Translations under genes and position numbers: made by a program
Source of the DNA: Protoeuglena noctilucae
Taxonomy: Eukaryota
Assembly: GCA_958009085.1 (NCBI GenBank)
Contig: OY253670.1
Location: 620,001-684,000, forward strand
Length of the DNA: 64,000 bases
Reading direction: 5' to 3'
Notes under the pieces: model-generated
Databases searched by the model: none
Told to the model about the DNA's origin: nothing
What the model saw: only the letters and a program-made list of their open reading frames with translations
Shown here: positions 24,284 to 37,800 of the stretch, in pieces
Layout of the letters: each line of letters starts with the position of its first letter
Position numbering within the stretch: position 1 is the first letter of the stretch

Positions 24284-26873
24284 CTACGGCTGTGTCGCTT
24301 GGGGCGGCGAGGGCGTAGCGAAATCGGGCCCCTGGATGTTGAGGAACGCAGCCTCGAAGCCCCCAGCGCGTATGGCCTCGCGGAGGGCCCAGTTCGACTT
24401 GGGATGGAAGGGCGCCGCGAACCACCACCCCTGCCGGCACACCCCCCTGCGGCCAACAGAGGGCGGGACACATGGCAGGGCATGGAGGGTGCTGCTGCAA
24501 GTGTCCGGCACAGGCCTCCTGTAACCCGAAACATGGGTCCACAGGGACCACTTCAAAAAAAGAAGAAAGCATGCACATCGCTGGATCCCTCACCTGGGTG
24601 TCGCCAGAACCTCCCAAGCTGCCTCGCCATAAGGAGACCCGCTTTCCATGCACGCCGAGGGCAGGATGGCGTCGCAGCTGACGAGGTACCATCGCCCGTC
24701 CGTGACTGACATCGCAACACAGGGACCGCGCGAGGGGCCGTCAGGAGCATCTGCGGAAGCTTCGTCGCGTCCCTCGGAGGGCAGGGCATCCGGGCCTGGC
24801 CCCGGCGGGAGGGCCCAGGACGGGGCCGCGCTTGGGTCGTAGAAGCGCGAGTCGGGATGCAGGGGGTAGCCGGGCGCCCAGGACCACACGGCACTCAGGG
24901 ATCGGGTCTCTGTGAGTCGGTCGACGTCAACGTGGTTGAACCCGCACTGCACGACGGCTGGGATCGTCTGCGTGCAGGGCATGGGCGGCAGTGGTGGCAC
25001 GAGTCACGGGGAACTATGCGCGGCGCTTCTCTTGCACCTCTCCTGACTGCAGGCACTCGGTTGCCGTCGCAGTCGCAGTCGTGCCCACCTGCTCGTCGAG
25101 CACCCGGGTGTTGTTGCGGAAGTGCCCGTCGCAGTTCATGGGTCCGTACATGAGCTCGCACACGGACGTGCGGCTGATGGTGCCCTGTCGCGTGGGCTCG
25201 GGGACTCTGCCGGTGGAGAATACCTCGGTACTGCTCAAACGTGCAGTCCGGCCAGAACGCCATGGATGAAGGGCCGACCTCCGTCGTGCTGCAGATCTGC
25301 GGGGAAGTCGGAGGTGAACGCTTGCTTGCTTGCTACCTGGCCTGCGACATGGTCAGACCCCAGCCCGAAACTCTGCGAGTAATGGTACACGGGTCGCAGC
25401 ACGCACAGCACGGTGCGCAGGTGAACGCGTAGCCCCTCCCCACCTCCGGCTGCATGAAGGCGTACTCGGACCGCAGGTTCGTGCGCGTGAGGAGAAGGAA
25501 GCGCTTGCCCTGCGACATGAGCTCGTTGATGGTTGGCCACGGGACCAGGGGCACTTGGTACCGCAGCGGCCGCAAAGCCTCGGGCCCCAAAATCTGGGTC
25601 CTGTTCACGAAATGCTCCCATCCGAGGACGTCGTCGAGAATGTCCAACAACTGCGGGGCCTTGCCCCACGAGCTGATGTTGGACGTGGCGTCTATGTATA
25701 TCACCAGGAACGTGCCGTGGTTCCGCGGCTGGTCCATCCACTGCACGCGGGCGAGTCTCGCAAGTCACGTGCAGCACTCGTAGAGGTGACCATGCGGGCC
25801 TACAGGTGGCCATGCAGCATTCGCAGTGGTCCTGCAGACCTAGAAGAGGTGACCATGCGGCCCTACAGGCGCCATCCGCTCACCTGCTGGATCTCCCGAA
25901 CCACGGACTCGAAGGACGGCGCATCTGCCCACGGCATGCTGGACATGGACGGGTTGCAGCCAATCTCCGCGCTGTCCCACAGGAGCGCACCACCAAAGAG
26001 GTTCAGCAGCCAGTTGAAGAAATGGAAGACGGCGTCGACGGGGGCCAAGCGCAGGTTGCCGCAGTGCGCCACGCGCAGCTCGCCCCCAAAGTAATGGGCA
26101 TCGACCTGCGCCGAGGGACGCCATAAGCCTACTGCACGCGTGCCCAGGAAGCGCTGGCTGGCCGCTGCGTCGCTGCGCCGTCACCTCGATTTTACGGGCC
26201 CCCAGCTCGAGCTGATCCGTGATGGAGAAGTACTGGTTGTTGGTCGCGAGCACCGCGTGCTGGCCTATCAAATGGGCACCCCGCAGTGATGCCTCGAAAT
26301 ACGCGTCTCTAACGCCAAAGCCGCTGGTAGCAGTAATGGCGCTGTTGTGCGTCCCAAGGAGCTGCGCGTTGCAGAAGGAATCGCCCGCGGCGAGGCGCCA
26401 CTCGGCGTCCAGGGTCTCGCGAAGCCATGGGTCCACGCGCACAGTCCCCGGCCGGCAGACGCGCGCACAGATCTGGGTACTGTCACACCAGTACGCTTCC
26501 TCGCACGTAGTGTTGGCAGGTATCATCACGTGCGTGGCTCGGAGTGCGTCGAAGCTGCGGGGGATCGCACGGGCGGGCAGCGCGTCGAAGCGCTGAGCAG
26601 GAAGGTTGAACCTCGTTGCGCGCAGCGACACATCTGCCGGAATTCTTCAGCTCGCGTCAGCGTTGTCAAGCGTCGCGCGGGACGCGAGCCCGCACGAGGT
26701 AGACGCTAAGTGGTGCTGAGGTGGCGCACCCCCACGAGCCGCGTGTTTGGAGGGTCTTGAAGCCCCCACAGGCCGCGAGCTGCTTACCTTGAAGGACGAA
26801 AGGCTCGGTGGATGGCCACGGGCGCGAAGGCCGCGATGCCCATGACGAACACCACGAGCGCCCAGCAGTACAT
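24284..26873 (-). CDS. PI-PLC X-like phosphodiesterase with C-terminal Cys-containing lectin-like domain (Rv2075c/MTC6-like architecture), N-terminal hydrophobic signal
   Basis: LLGTHNSA, NNQYFSITDQLELGARKIEVDAH, VIYID; WSWAPGYP...CVAM...DGRW...C...AC...FAAP...N...AFLN. Confidence 0.8.
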
Positions 26874-27483
26874 TCTTCCCCTGTCCCGTCACATGGCAGG
26901 CACGAGTTAACGATGCTCTGTCGTTGGGCTCAACTGTGGAGCGAGGATACCGGCCGCGGCCTTGTAAGTGGCGCGCCGCTTGCCAGACGGGACTTTCAAG
27001 GCGTCAGACATCTCGCGGGGTGAAAAATGCAGGCGGGGGGAATGATAGGAAAGGGAACTTGGGGCACATGATGAAGCCTCACTACTCCTAAGGACCACAG
27101 CAGGACGTCAAGGCACAGATGACAAGCACGGGGGGCGGAGGGGGGAAGCGGCCGTGGCTCTGAAAGACCGCGAAGGGGCGCTAAGGGGACAAGAGGCGCT
27201 GCGGCTCTCCGCGAGCAGGCCATTGCGACCGCGGAAAAGTCAAACGAATCCCATGCCGTGTTGTGGCGGGTCGCCGCGAGGTAGGGTCAACTGCACTGCG
27301 GAACGCAAGGGCACATCCGTGCCGCGGGCGTGTTATTGTGGCGCCAGTCACTGCCGCGCACCGTGTCTGCGAGCCGCGCCCCTGTGGCGGGGACAGCGAT
27401 CCGTGCCGCAGATGACAATGCCCCGCTCGTGGGTCTCGCTTGCATCTCATCGAAGCCCCTCATCCAGCCCGGTCCCCAGCCGA

Positions 27484-29299
27484 TCAAGCCGGAGCCGCGG
27501 TGACGCGGAAACCCGTGTAGGGCCCGGCCACCATGGGCACCTCGAGGGCTGGCAGGCTGCGGGCGGGAGAGACACGCCTGTCGCGCCTTCCCAAAGCGCA
27601 CTGCACCCCGCGGCCCTTCCCTCGCCCGCTCACCTCTGCAATCCGACCAAGATGTTGCCCTTCCGACGCAGAAGTGGGTCTTCCCCAGCCCGCACGGGAG
27701 GCGACACTAGGACCGTCCCATCCGTGGCAGCCTGAGGTGTGACGGCCGCTGTTGCCTTCTCGCTGGCCTGAAACGCGGAGACGGGGGCTTTGGCGAGAGG
27801 GGACGTCCCGTTGGAGTGACGCACGGCCTGCGGGTCACGCGGGGCCAGGGCAAGTCAGCGCGCTGACTCGGTCCGTCGCAGCCAGGCAGCACGCTCCCTG
27901 GCCCGGCCCCACGCACCCCGTGCGGGTTACGAGATAGCAGGCTCCCCATCGCCTCCACCACCCCGCCAGTTTCCAAGTCGTCAACCACGCTCGACTCCAA
28001 ATGCTCCTCGCTCTCTGCACGGACGACAGCCGCAGCAGCGGCGGCAGTGACTCAGCCGCGTCTCTCGCGCTGGCTGCGGGGAGAGGGACCCGAACCACGC
28101 GCCGCGCTCACCGTCCGTGTCGATGGCGTCGTGCTGGGATGTGGGGACCGACAGGGACCCGCTCCTCCCGTTCGCGTGGCCCCTCAGGAGCGCGACGGCG
28201 CTGTGCGCGACCTGCTCCTCGCGCTCCTTTCCGGAATCCTCCACCAGCGGCCCTTCGGCCGGCGAATCCCACTCCCGCATGCCCGGGGGCTGGCTCTCTG
28301 CCCGCGTCCGCACCGGGGTGGTGGCCGCCGGCGCGAAGTTGGCCGTCTCCGAGGTCGTCTGCGGGAAGCTCGGGTGCTCGGACGCGCGGAATGCCCGCTC
28401 GACGTAGTAGGTGCACCCGCGGTCGCCGCCGCGGTAGGGTGGCGCCAGGACGTCCAGGACGGCGCAGTCCGTGATGGCGCGGAAGGCGTGGATGTTGCCG
28501 TTGCGCGTGGGGAAGAGGACGCTCGTGACGGGCGCCGAGATGTGGCCGTCCATGGTCAGGTAGGCGGGCCGCACGACGCCCGGGACGCATGGCTGGTCGT
28601 AGTAGCTCGCGGACGCCCAGTCGTAGGCGCGGATGTGGAGCGTGCCGTAGAGCACGCGCGAGAAGACGGTCATGCTCGGATGATTGTGCAGCGGGATGAC
28701 GGCGCCGCGAGGGAGCTCGAAGACTCCGATACTGACGCCGTCGTCCTCATGGACGTGCCGGTACATGATGCGGGTCGCGGAGCTCTCCGCGTCCCTCTGC
28801 ACCTGCTTCTTGGCCGCGGCGGACGGATCCTCCACCCCCAGGTCCCCCAGCGTGACGCCTGCGCGGAGGGCGGGCGGGACGTCGCGTGAGCAAGGCTCCA
28901 CGCCAGGGGTCCGGGCCCTTGCGGCCCTCGTGCCGCCACATGCGCACGGTTCCGCGGCTCCGCCCCGCACCCGCGAGGGCCTCGACGACCTTGTTGACGT
29001 ACGCCTCGGCGAACTCCTGCTTGCCGTCGACCTCGTCGGGGCGGGCGATCATGTCCTGCAGCCCAGAAAAAGGCGCATGAGGAGGCGCGCGGCGGGCCTC
29101 GCGGCCAAGGCCTACGCTGCCGGGTCGCGGAAACGCGACATGTGAACGCGAAGCGGCTCCCCGCTCTCACCCTGACCGCGTCGTAGACGCGCTGGACGGG
29201 GTTCAGCGCCCCTCGGCAATGCCGGCCCCCGCCCATGTCCTCGCGGCCGCAGTGCGTCGGGGAGGTCACCGCATCGTGCGAGACACTCAAGACGTTCAT
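27484..29299 (-). CDS. PCO: Plant cysteine oxidase / ADO-family thiol dioxygenase (cupin) with long insertion
   Basis: SIGVFELPRGAVIPLHNHPSMTVFSRVLYG, YDW, GNIHAF, AVLDVLAPPY...RGCTYY; terminal exon GPYTG. Confidence 0.92.
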
Positions 29300-29988
29300 G
29301 TCAGGGGGGGAGAGGGGGACCGCCGAGGGGGTGAGGATGACGGCCGAACCCCCACGCCGCCGAAGCGACGCCCTGGAGGGACCAGGGGAGACGTGTGTGT
29401 GGTCCGCGCGCGCAGGCGCCCCTCGCGCACACGCCCCCGCAAGGTGAAGCAAACGCCTCCCGACCGGAGCGCGAAGTGTGTCCGCGTCCGCGAGATTGCC
29501 CAGGGGAGCGCCGAGCTGCCGGGAAAGCCCTTCGCGCCACAGAAAATGCTTCGACACGCCGCGTCGATGAGCAGGATCGAGCGCTGGATGCCGAGGAGGC
29601 GCACAGTAAGGGCCCGCGCGACAGTCCGTGCACCGCGAGGGGAATTTCACATGCAGACCGTTAAAACCCATCAAACTCGCCTGGTTGGACGCGCTCGGGT
29701 GGGCACCTTGCCTCACACGTCTTGGCGCGTGGCCTTGACGTGTCTCTTCCGTTGCAGTCGATCGGCGGCCACGATACGACGCCCGGCAAGCAGCACTGTC
29801 GAAGCTGTGCTGCCAATTATTTTCCTTCCGCGCGCACGTGCGCGGCCTTGAGGGGGCGGTCCCGTTGCAAAACCCTAGGGTATCACCGAAAAGACGGCAG
29901 ATCGCTTCAAAATGTCCCCAGAAGTTCATATCGGCCACGAGACAGGGTGGTGGAGGTGCCCAGAACGCGGATCGAGCGTACACGTCGT

Positions 29989-32900
29989 CTACCGGCCGTG
30001 CTTCGCCGAGGCCACGAGCGACGCAAACGGGTCCTCGATGCCTAACCGCGCCTGCCCCCGACTCGGAGCCATGGCCGGCCGGAGGGGCGCTCCCAAGCCC
30101 GCCGCGGTCGTCGTGGGCATCGACCACGAGCTCGGTACGCTCTGCAGCAAGCCCGACGTCCCTGACGAGTGCGACACCAGGGGCATGGGCCCGGACGCCG
30201 CTGCGCCCCACGCCGAGGAGGGAGGGGCGGCCCAAATCCCGGCCGCGGGGCCGGGGGCAGCGAACGAGGGCGGCGGCGGAGCGGGCCCTGGGTGTGCCGC
30301 GCTCGTCGGCCCCGCGAGACTGAGAAGGAAGGCATCGGGGGTCACGGGCGCCGCCACTGCCGGAGCGGGCGCCGGCGCGGGCGCGGGCGCGGGCGCGGAG
30401 GGCGCGGCAGGCGCGACCTCGTCCGGGCCAAACTGCAGGAGCAGCAGGTCGTCAGCCGCCGGAGCCGGAGCAGGTGCGGGGGGAGCCGGAGGCAGCACCT
30501 CGGGACTGCGGTGCAGCTGGGGCCGCGGAGGAGGACTCACAGCCAGAGGCGCCGCGTCCCACCCTGCGTTCTTGGCGGGACCTGACGGAGACCACGCGGG
30601 GCTCTCCTGCGGCTGCCAGCCCCCGCCCCCGTTCCCGCCCTGCTGAGGCTGCCAGCCCGTGTTCCCATTCTCGCTCTGCTGCGGCTGCCAGCCCGCGTTC
30701 CCAATCCCGCTCTGCTGTGGCTGCCAGCCCCCGGCCCCACCCTCCGCGAAGGCCGCCCCGCCACCCAGCCCGCCGAAGCCAGCGTCTTCGTAGCCCTGGT
30801 TGCCAAAGGGGGGGTTGCGGCCCTTGCTCAGCGCCTCGCGCACGGTCCGCTTCTCAAAGTTGGTCGCGTGGCCGGACGACGAGGTCCCCGCAACACGGCG
30901 CCCCAGGAAAGCGGGCGCCTCGTCCCACCCGCCGTTGTCGCCCCCGTAGAGACCTCCGCCCGAGCTCGCCCTAATCAACGGGGAGTCGTCGTCTTTTGCC
31001 CGCCCGGTGGCCGCGACGACGGGTGGCCCTGCGGACGCGTCAGGCGGACCTCCTTAGACTCTCGTGCCGCACACGGACAATGACAGAGATTGGTCACTTC
31101 ATTAACAGCGGAGCTCCTCACCGCCAACCTCCCCTCCCGACACGCGCACTTGGCCCGAGGGCGCTGGCGCGGGCGTTTTCCATCCCAGCCGCGACGGCTG
31201 CGACCCCGGGGAGCCCAGCAGGCTGGGCTGCGCCTGCTCCTGCATGGGCGCGGGCATGGGCGGACCCGCAGACATGGCGAAGGCGGCGAACGCGCCGTCG
31301 TCGAAGGCCGGGAAGGCCGGTGCGGGCTGCGCTGCAGGAACGCCCGCGTTCATGGCTTGGGGGCTCCCGATCAACGGCACGACGCCCTCGGGCCGCGGCG
31401 CGTCCCCGGCCTCCGAGTCCGACTCGGGGCTGGGCGGCCAGTGGACGCCCTGGGGCGCGTACTGCCGCTGGACGTACTTGGCGCGGACGAACTGCTCGAG
31501 GCGCGCGCCCTCCTGGGGCCGCTGGAAACCCCCGGGGAGGTTGGCTTCGAAGTACGAGTTGGCAACGGCGTTCCTGCAGTGATGGGGGGGACTCGTCAGA
31601 AGCGCCACGCGTGCTTTCAAAGCAAGGCTGGGTGCCGCGAACGCCGCTGCATGGCGTCGCAGGGCACGCCGCGCCGGGCGCCTCACCCGATGCTCCTCAT
31701 GAAGGCGACTTCCTCGGGCAGCCACGTGTCCAGCTTGCACGAGCGGACCTTGGAGATGTGCACGCCGAGGCCGCGGTGGATGCCGGCACAGCTCATGCAG
31801 ATGAAGACGCCCAGGTTGATGGACGCCCACGTCGGGCGCGCGGCACCCGCCTTCTGGCAGTCGGCGCACGTCCCGTTCTCCGGCAGTCGCATCAGCTGCT
31901 CCAGAGCCGCCAGGTGCCGCGCGTTCTCCTCCATCGTCACCCCCTTTGCCTCCCCAAAGCCACGCGTCGTCACCGTCGCCGGCCCGGCCGCGGCCCAGCC
32001 GCCGCCGCTGGGAGGCCCGGCCAGGGCGCCGAAGCCCGCGCCCGCCTCCCAGCCCCTGCCCGCCGCGCCCGGGAAGCTCGCCGGCTCTCCCTGCTCCCAG
32101 CCCTGCGCTCCGGACGATCCCGGGCCCTCCGGGACGTCGCCCATCGCCGCAAAGCCCCCGCCAAACGTCGCCCGATTCCCGCCCTTCTTAAAGGGCCTCA
32201 GGAAAGACCTCTTGCCCGCGCCAAACATGTTCGCGTCCGACGGCCCTGCATATGACGGGCTGCCGTCCCCACCGCCACCGCCACAGCCAAACCGCGGCCC
32301 TGCCCCGAAGGCCCCGGCCCCGAAATTGCCGCTGCCGCCGGCGTACGCCGACGAGCTCATGTCCGAGGAGACCATGCCGAGGTTGTCGGACGTAATGACC
32401 GAGTCGGGGCCCATTGCAGACACCGTGAAGGCCCTGCCCAGCACCTTGGCCGCCCGCTCTGCGTGGTCGCGGGAGCGATCGGCATGCAGCTGTGACGCGA
32501 GATGTCCGACGCAAGACGCGTGATGCCCTCTCACCACGCGGGGAGTCGCTGGGCGACAATGGCCATGCGCTGCGCGCTCGCTCACCTCTCTCCTCGGCCA
32601 GCTGGACCTTGTCTTGGAGGAGCGCGTGGATGGACTCGGCCCGCACGCGCACGTTGATGCCCTCGTCGCGGCCCTCCGCGGAGACGAACCGGAAGCTGCC
32701 CTTGAGCTGTTCGAGCTTCGGAGGGAACTGCAGCAGGTGCGAGGGGGATACAGTTCAGTACCCCACAAGTGGTGTCGCGAGCTCAAACTCTATAACCTCA
32801 GTCCCATTAAGGTCCCGCTGCGAAGGCACCTCGGAGCGAGCGACGCTGACCGCGCCGTCGCTGCCGTGCTTGACGAGGTACTCAAGAAGGATGAGCCCCT

Positions 32901-33286
32901 TGTACACGTTGCGCCACTTGTGTTGCGGGTACGCCAGCCGCATGCGGATGACCGAAAAGATGACTTGCATCTGCTCGGGATCGTACGTCAGGCCCGCGAG
33001 CTCCTGCAGAGCAAGCCACGGTCATGCTCGGCGTCAACCATAACAGCCTGTGGAATCGTCTTCTGAGAGGCGCGGGAGGCGCGGTGCTTACTTGAAGTAA
33101 CGCGCCGTGCGTCCCCCACTTCGTATCGCGGGTCGCTTCCCGGGCCTTGCGCTCCGTCAGCGCGAAAGGGGCCAGTCGCTTGTTCTTCAGGGCCGTGCCG
33201 TAGTCCCGGACCCACACCACTGCCCCCAGAGCCGCGTCCTTGGCCCAGTCCGCGCCATGCAGCGTACCGTTGTTCTCCTGCATCAT
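29989..33286 (-). CDS. ENTH (epsin) domain + ArfGAP zinc-finger fusion protein
   Basis: ENTH: KAREAT...WG...[19 protein letters not shown]...GRDEGINVR. ArfGAP: CADC...[36 protein letters not shown]. Joined by a phase-1 intron starting at 32585. Confidence 0.9.
30600..30740 (-). repeat. Coding tandem repeat, four GWQPQ(Q) units of about 36 nt
   Basis: [43 protein letters not shown]. Confidence 0.85.
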
Positions 33287-33961
33287 GGCAGCCTTCTGCG
33301 CGCCGCAGGGGGGCGGGGATGGTGTACGAGAGCACGGAGCGCGGTGAGGGCAGCGAGGTCCCCGATCACGGGCACGATCCGGCGAGCTGGCCCCAGACAG
33401 GCACGACAATCACCTGCCCAAAGTATCCGCTGGCCTGGTTCAACATCTCGGCCCCTGAATAGAGAGCACCGGGCGCCTGCCCCTTGACCCCGCTACCCTT
33501 CGGCCTCCCGCAGACCCCCGGGGGCCAGTGCGCGCCAGCCGTGCAGAACTCACGCCTCTCGCGGCGTGGGAGGTGAGGTGATCCCGAAACGGGGCGAAAC
33601 CGGGGCGCGGATTGAGCGTACAAATGTTTTCTGTCTAACTCTCCTCCAGAGCATAAGTTTTGTCTAACTAAGACCCATTCGTTTTGCGCGCGTGTCGGGC
33701 GGCGTCCAGGGGTGGCAGCCCAGCCCGACGCCCTGGTCTGACGCCCTGGTCTGACCAGCAGCCGGTGAGCAGCCAAATCACCGGCCCTGTCGATGGTGGC
33801 ATGCGTGTGACTTGCACTTGCGCAGGGGCGGCTCCTGGCCTGACGACGCCCTTCGCCTGTTGGGCCTTCACACGTCGGCCCCGGGCCCTGCATGCGGTAG
33901 CTAGGCCGGCGCGGCTCACCCGGCAGGGATCACGGCAGCTGCTGTGGAGCGCTCTCCTGCC

Positions 33962-34684
33962 ATGGTGTACCACGCCATCTTCATCACGAACCACTCGGGG
34001 GGACTGATTTACAACCGCTACTTCACCGAGGTCCGCAGTCCGCCCCCGCGGCGCTCGTCACTCAGTGTCGGTTCATATTAGCTTCCTGATGGCGCCAATT
34101 GGCGTGGTCGGCCCCGCCTCGCCCGCAGCAATCCAAGCACGACATCAACGACGCCCTGCGCCTCTCCTCCATCCTCCACTCCGTCAGCGCCATCTCCCGC
34201 CAGATTTCCCCTCTCGGGGGCTGCCAGGGCATCGACTCCATTCATGGGGACACCTTCGACCTCCACTGCCTTCACCCCATGGTGCGCGACGGGCGCTGGG
34301 CCCGCCCCGCCAGCGCACGCCTCTATCAATCGCAACAGCGCCTGCCCCCCGCTGCCAGCGAGCCGTGTACCGGTGGTCTCACCGCAGACGGGCACCAAGT
34401 TCTTCGTGCTGTGCGACGCGGGGGACAAGGGAGCGGAGGGTCTGCTCCACGGCATCCACCAGCTCTTTGGCGACTTCGTCATGAAGGAACCGTTCTACGT
34501 TCCCGAGATGCCGATCAGGTGCGCGCCTGGCGCCTACCCTTCGCTCTCTTGCTTCAGCTCCCTGCCGCACGTGCGCTCTTGCTCACCCACCCATGACCGC
34601 TCGGGTTGTTGGCTCCCGCGCAGGGTCGAGGCTTTCGACGAGAACGTCGTGGCTACCGTCAAGGCTTTCAACTCTGCGGCATAG
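33962..34684 (+). CDS. TRAPPC4: TRAPP complex subunit 4 (Trs23, sybindin family)
   Basis: IFITNHSGGLIY, INDALRLSSILHS, FDLHC, TGTKFF, DFVMKEPFYVPEMPIR; 3 introns. Confidence 0.92.
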
Positions 34685-34820
34685 CTTGCACCGCTCGCTC
34701 CCATGCAGCTCGCTGCAAGGCAAATCGGCTCGCCTGCTGGGGCCGTTCGGCTCGCCTGCTGGGGCCGTACAGCTCGCATCTCCACCTTGCTCGCATGAAA
34801 GTCCACTCGTGGCACTGACA

Positions 34821-37800
34821 CTAGGCCTCGCGCACGATAGCCATCTCCTCTCGATCCTGGTGCATGCGCCACAGTCCGTCGTCGTAGGCCGGGAGGCCCT
34901 CCCACTGGCACGGAGCCAACGGCGTCGTGTCCACGCGCGCCGCCCGACCAAACACGTGCGCCAGAGCGCCCGTCGCGGAGCCCAGCTGCAGTGGGGCCTT
35001 CCTCACGGGCCCAGCGGCCTGCGCGCGCCGCAGCGCCTCGGCGACCGCCTGCCGCGCCGCCTTCCGGGCCTCCAGGCTCGGGCCCGCCCGCGCCAAGGCA
35101 CGCCGCGCCTCCGCCAGCGCCTCCCACTCCGCGCAGTGGCCCCGCTCCACCTCCCCGACGTACCTGGGCGGCGGCAACGCCACGTCCCCGCACACCAGCG
35201 CGTCCAGGGAGACCATCGCATGGGTCCCCCGCGACCCTCCCTTGTGACCCCTCCCCTCTCGCTCTCCAGCACCGTCGTCCTCCGCCCACCCGACCGGCGG
35301 CCAGGGCCACGCCGGCACCTCCGCTGCGTCCTCGCCCTCGTAGGGATCCACCGCCATGGCGTAGTGCGACGCGCCCGAGGAGCCTCGGCTGTCCGTCGAC
35401 GGGGCGGGGCTGGCGGGCCTAACACCCGCCGCTGCAGCCTGCCCCGCGTAAGCAGCGGCCGGGCCCGCAGCGCCCAGCTGCCCCGCAGCGCCCGGCTGCC
35501 ACGCAGCGCCCGGCTGCGACGCAGCGCGCAGCTGCGGGACCCCTTGCGGGAGGGCGGCGTGGGGGCGCGCGCCGAAGAGGTTCTGAGGGCGCGGCAACGC
35601 CCGTGCGAGGGGCGCCAGGAGGTGCCGCCTGGCCCCGGCATCGAAACCCGATCGCCGAAGCGCCGTTATCACCACGCGCAAGTTCCGCAACTGCAGTCGC
35701 GACAGCTCCCTCAGTGCGCCCTCGTGCACTCCCAGCTCCTCTGCCAGCAACCTCTGCTGCTCGCGGATCTCGGAGTTGAGATCCACGGGCGCGTCCGTGA
35801 CTCGGCCCACACCGTCCGTCCCAGACTCGAACAGGCGCAAGGGCCGATACACGCGGGGACCCGCACCCCTGAACGCAGACCCCAACTCAGAATCCGACCC
35901 CGACGTCGACCCTATTTCCCGCGCCCTGCTCGGTCCCGCCCCGTCGTCTTCCCCGGCCTGTCGAGCCCCATCGTCGCCCCGATCGTCGCCGACCTCCCCG
36001 TCGTCCTCCGGGGCCCACATCAGGGAGATGAGGCGGTAGGTCGTCGCCGGCTCCCTCCCCAAAAGAGGCATCAGGTTCTCCCAGGCCGTCATCCGGGCGT
36101 CGCCCTGCGCCGCTCGTGCGGCGCGGAGGAGGTCCAAGACGTCAACCCTGATGACCATCTCAACTGGCGGCCTGATGGGCTGCTCGACTGGCAACTGGCG
36201 GGGCTCGGAGCCGCCCGCCTCGCGCATGTGGGCCCGTGTGTTGCGCGCGAGCCGAGGCTCGGGGTTGGGGTCCTCGGGGGCGGGCAGGGACGCATGCGGG
36301 GCCCTGCGCGGTCCCACATACCGTATCCGCACCAGCTCGTCAGCGTCGAGGTCCACGTCGCCCAGTAACCAAGGCCTCCGATCGCCGCCCACACCGCCAC
36401 CCGCTCCGCCACCCGCTCCGCCGCCCGCTCCGCCGCCCACACCACCGCCCACACCACCGCCCACACCGCCCTCCGCTCCGTCGCCGCCATCACCACCCCC
36501 GTTGTCGCTGCTGCTTCCACTGACACCGGCGTCGGCAACCACCGCATCCTCGCCGCTGCTGGCGCCGCTGGGAGAGTCGGGCGTGTCCGCGGGCATCTGC
36601 ATGGCCTCCGCGACCTCGTACAAATCACCCCACCCCTCCGCGTCGCTGTCCACCCCGGTACCCGCGTCACTGGCACTGTCGCTCTCCGACGAGGTGCCGC
36701 TCTCATCCGAGCGGCAACCCTGCGTGCGCGGCCGTGGATGAACGCGTCGCGTTGGCGCGAGACGTCACAGCGGCACCCGCTCGGGCAATGACGAGGGGCG
36801 AAAACGCACACGCGAGCGGCGCTTGTGACCGACGTGCCACGACGCATGGCATGGGTCTGGGTCCGCACGAAAGCCCGCTCGCCACATCGCTATCCGCCGA
36901 GGAGTGCCGCGACGCGTGCAGCAGCTCACCTTGCCCTCCAGGTAGGCAAAGTCCGTTGGGCCGCAGCGCAGCACGCGGAGGCGGCGCAGGCAGAGGCACA
37001 GGGCGCCCAGGGCAGGGAGCGAGTCGAGGTCCGAGTCCGAGACGCACAGTTCGCTCAGGCGGGGCAGGCGCGAGAGGGCTTCGACGGCGCCTGCGGGCGA
37101 GGGAGCGCGCGCTGAGGGCGTCGGTTGCAGGCACCACCCCCAGGGTTCAGGGTCCGGTGAACAGGTGCGGCGCTGCGCTCGCTGCGGGTCCTCGCCAGTT
37201 GTCTCGGCCCACTCTGCCACGTTCAGGGTCCTCAGCTGCAACAGCGACGCCAGGGCATACCCGAGGTGCTCGGACTCCCAATACAGCCCCCGGCCGGCCA
37301 CGGACAGGTGGCACAGCTGGGTCATGCTCGCGAGGGCCCGGAGGCCATCCCCGCGATCGCTCCACGGCCACGTCCCGTCGTCCGCCGCGCCTGACGCCCC
37401 GGCCCAGCTGCCCTCCCCGCCCGCGGCTGCCCCCTCCTCGGCCGCGCCATCGCCCACTGCGCCGGGGTCCTCGAAATTCAACGACCGCCCATCCACGCGG
37501 AAGCGCCCGGGGCTCCGGTCGCTGATGTTGAGGTACGTGAGGCGCGTCAGCTGCGACAGCTGACACAGCGACGAACTCCGGACCCATGGGCAGCTGCTGA
37601 GGTCGAGCTCCACCAGGCGCGTCTGGCTCCCGATGTCGGCCATCATGGTGTGGGCGGGTCTCGGAGATGGGTAGTAGGAGTTGGGCTGCGGGCGAGGCGA
37701 GGCGCTGACATTGGACGCGTGGACACAGCACGGCACTGGCACAAGCCGCATCCCGTTTCGCCCCCGTCCCCCGATACGCCCGGGAATCCCAGGCCAGCCC

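Noticed and set aside
33625..33755. Short direct repeats (TGTCTAACT x2, GACGCCCTGGTCT x2) in the divergent promoter
   Set aside because: Only two copies each; no function supportable
35460..36480. 18-nt (QPGAA) and 12-nt (GGGA/V) coding repeats in the F-box gene
   Set aside because: Ordinary low-complexity slippage
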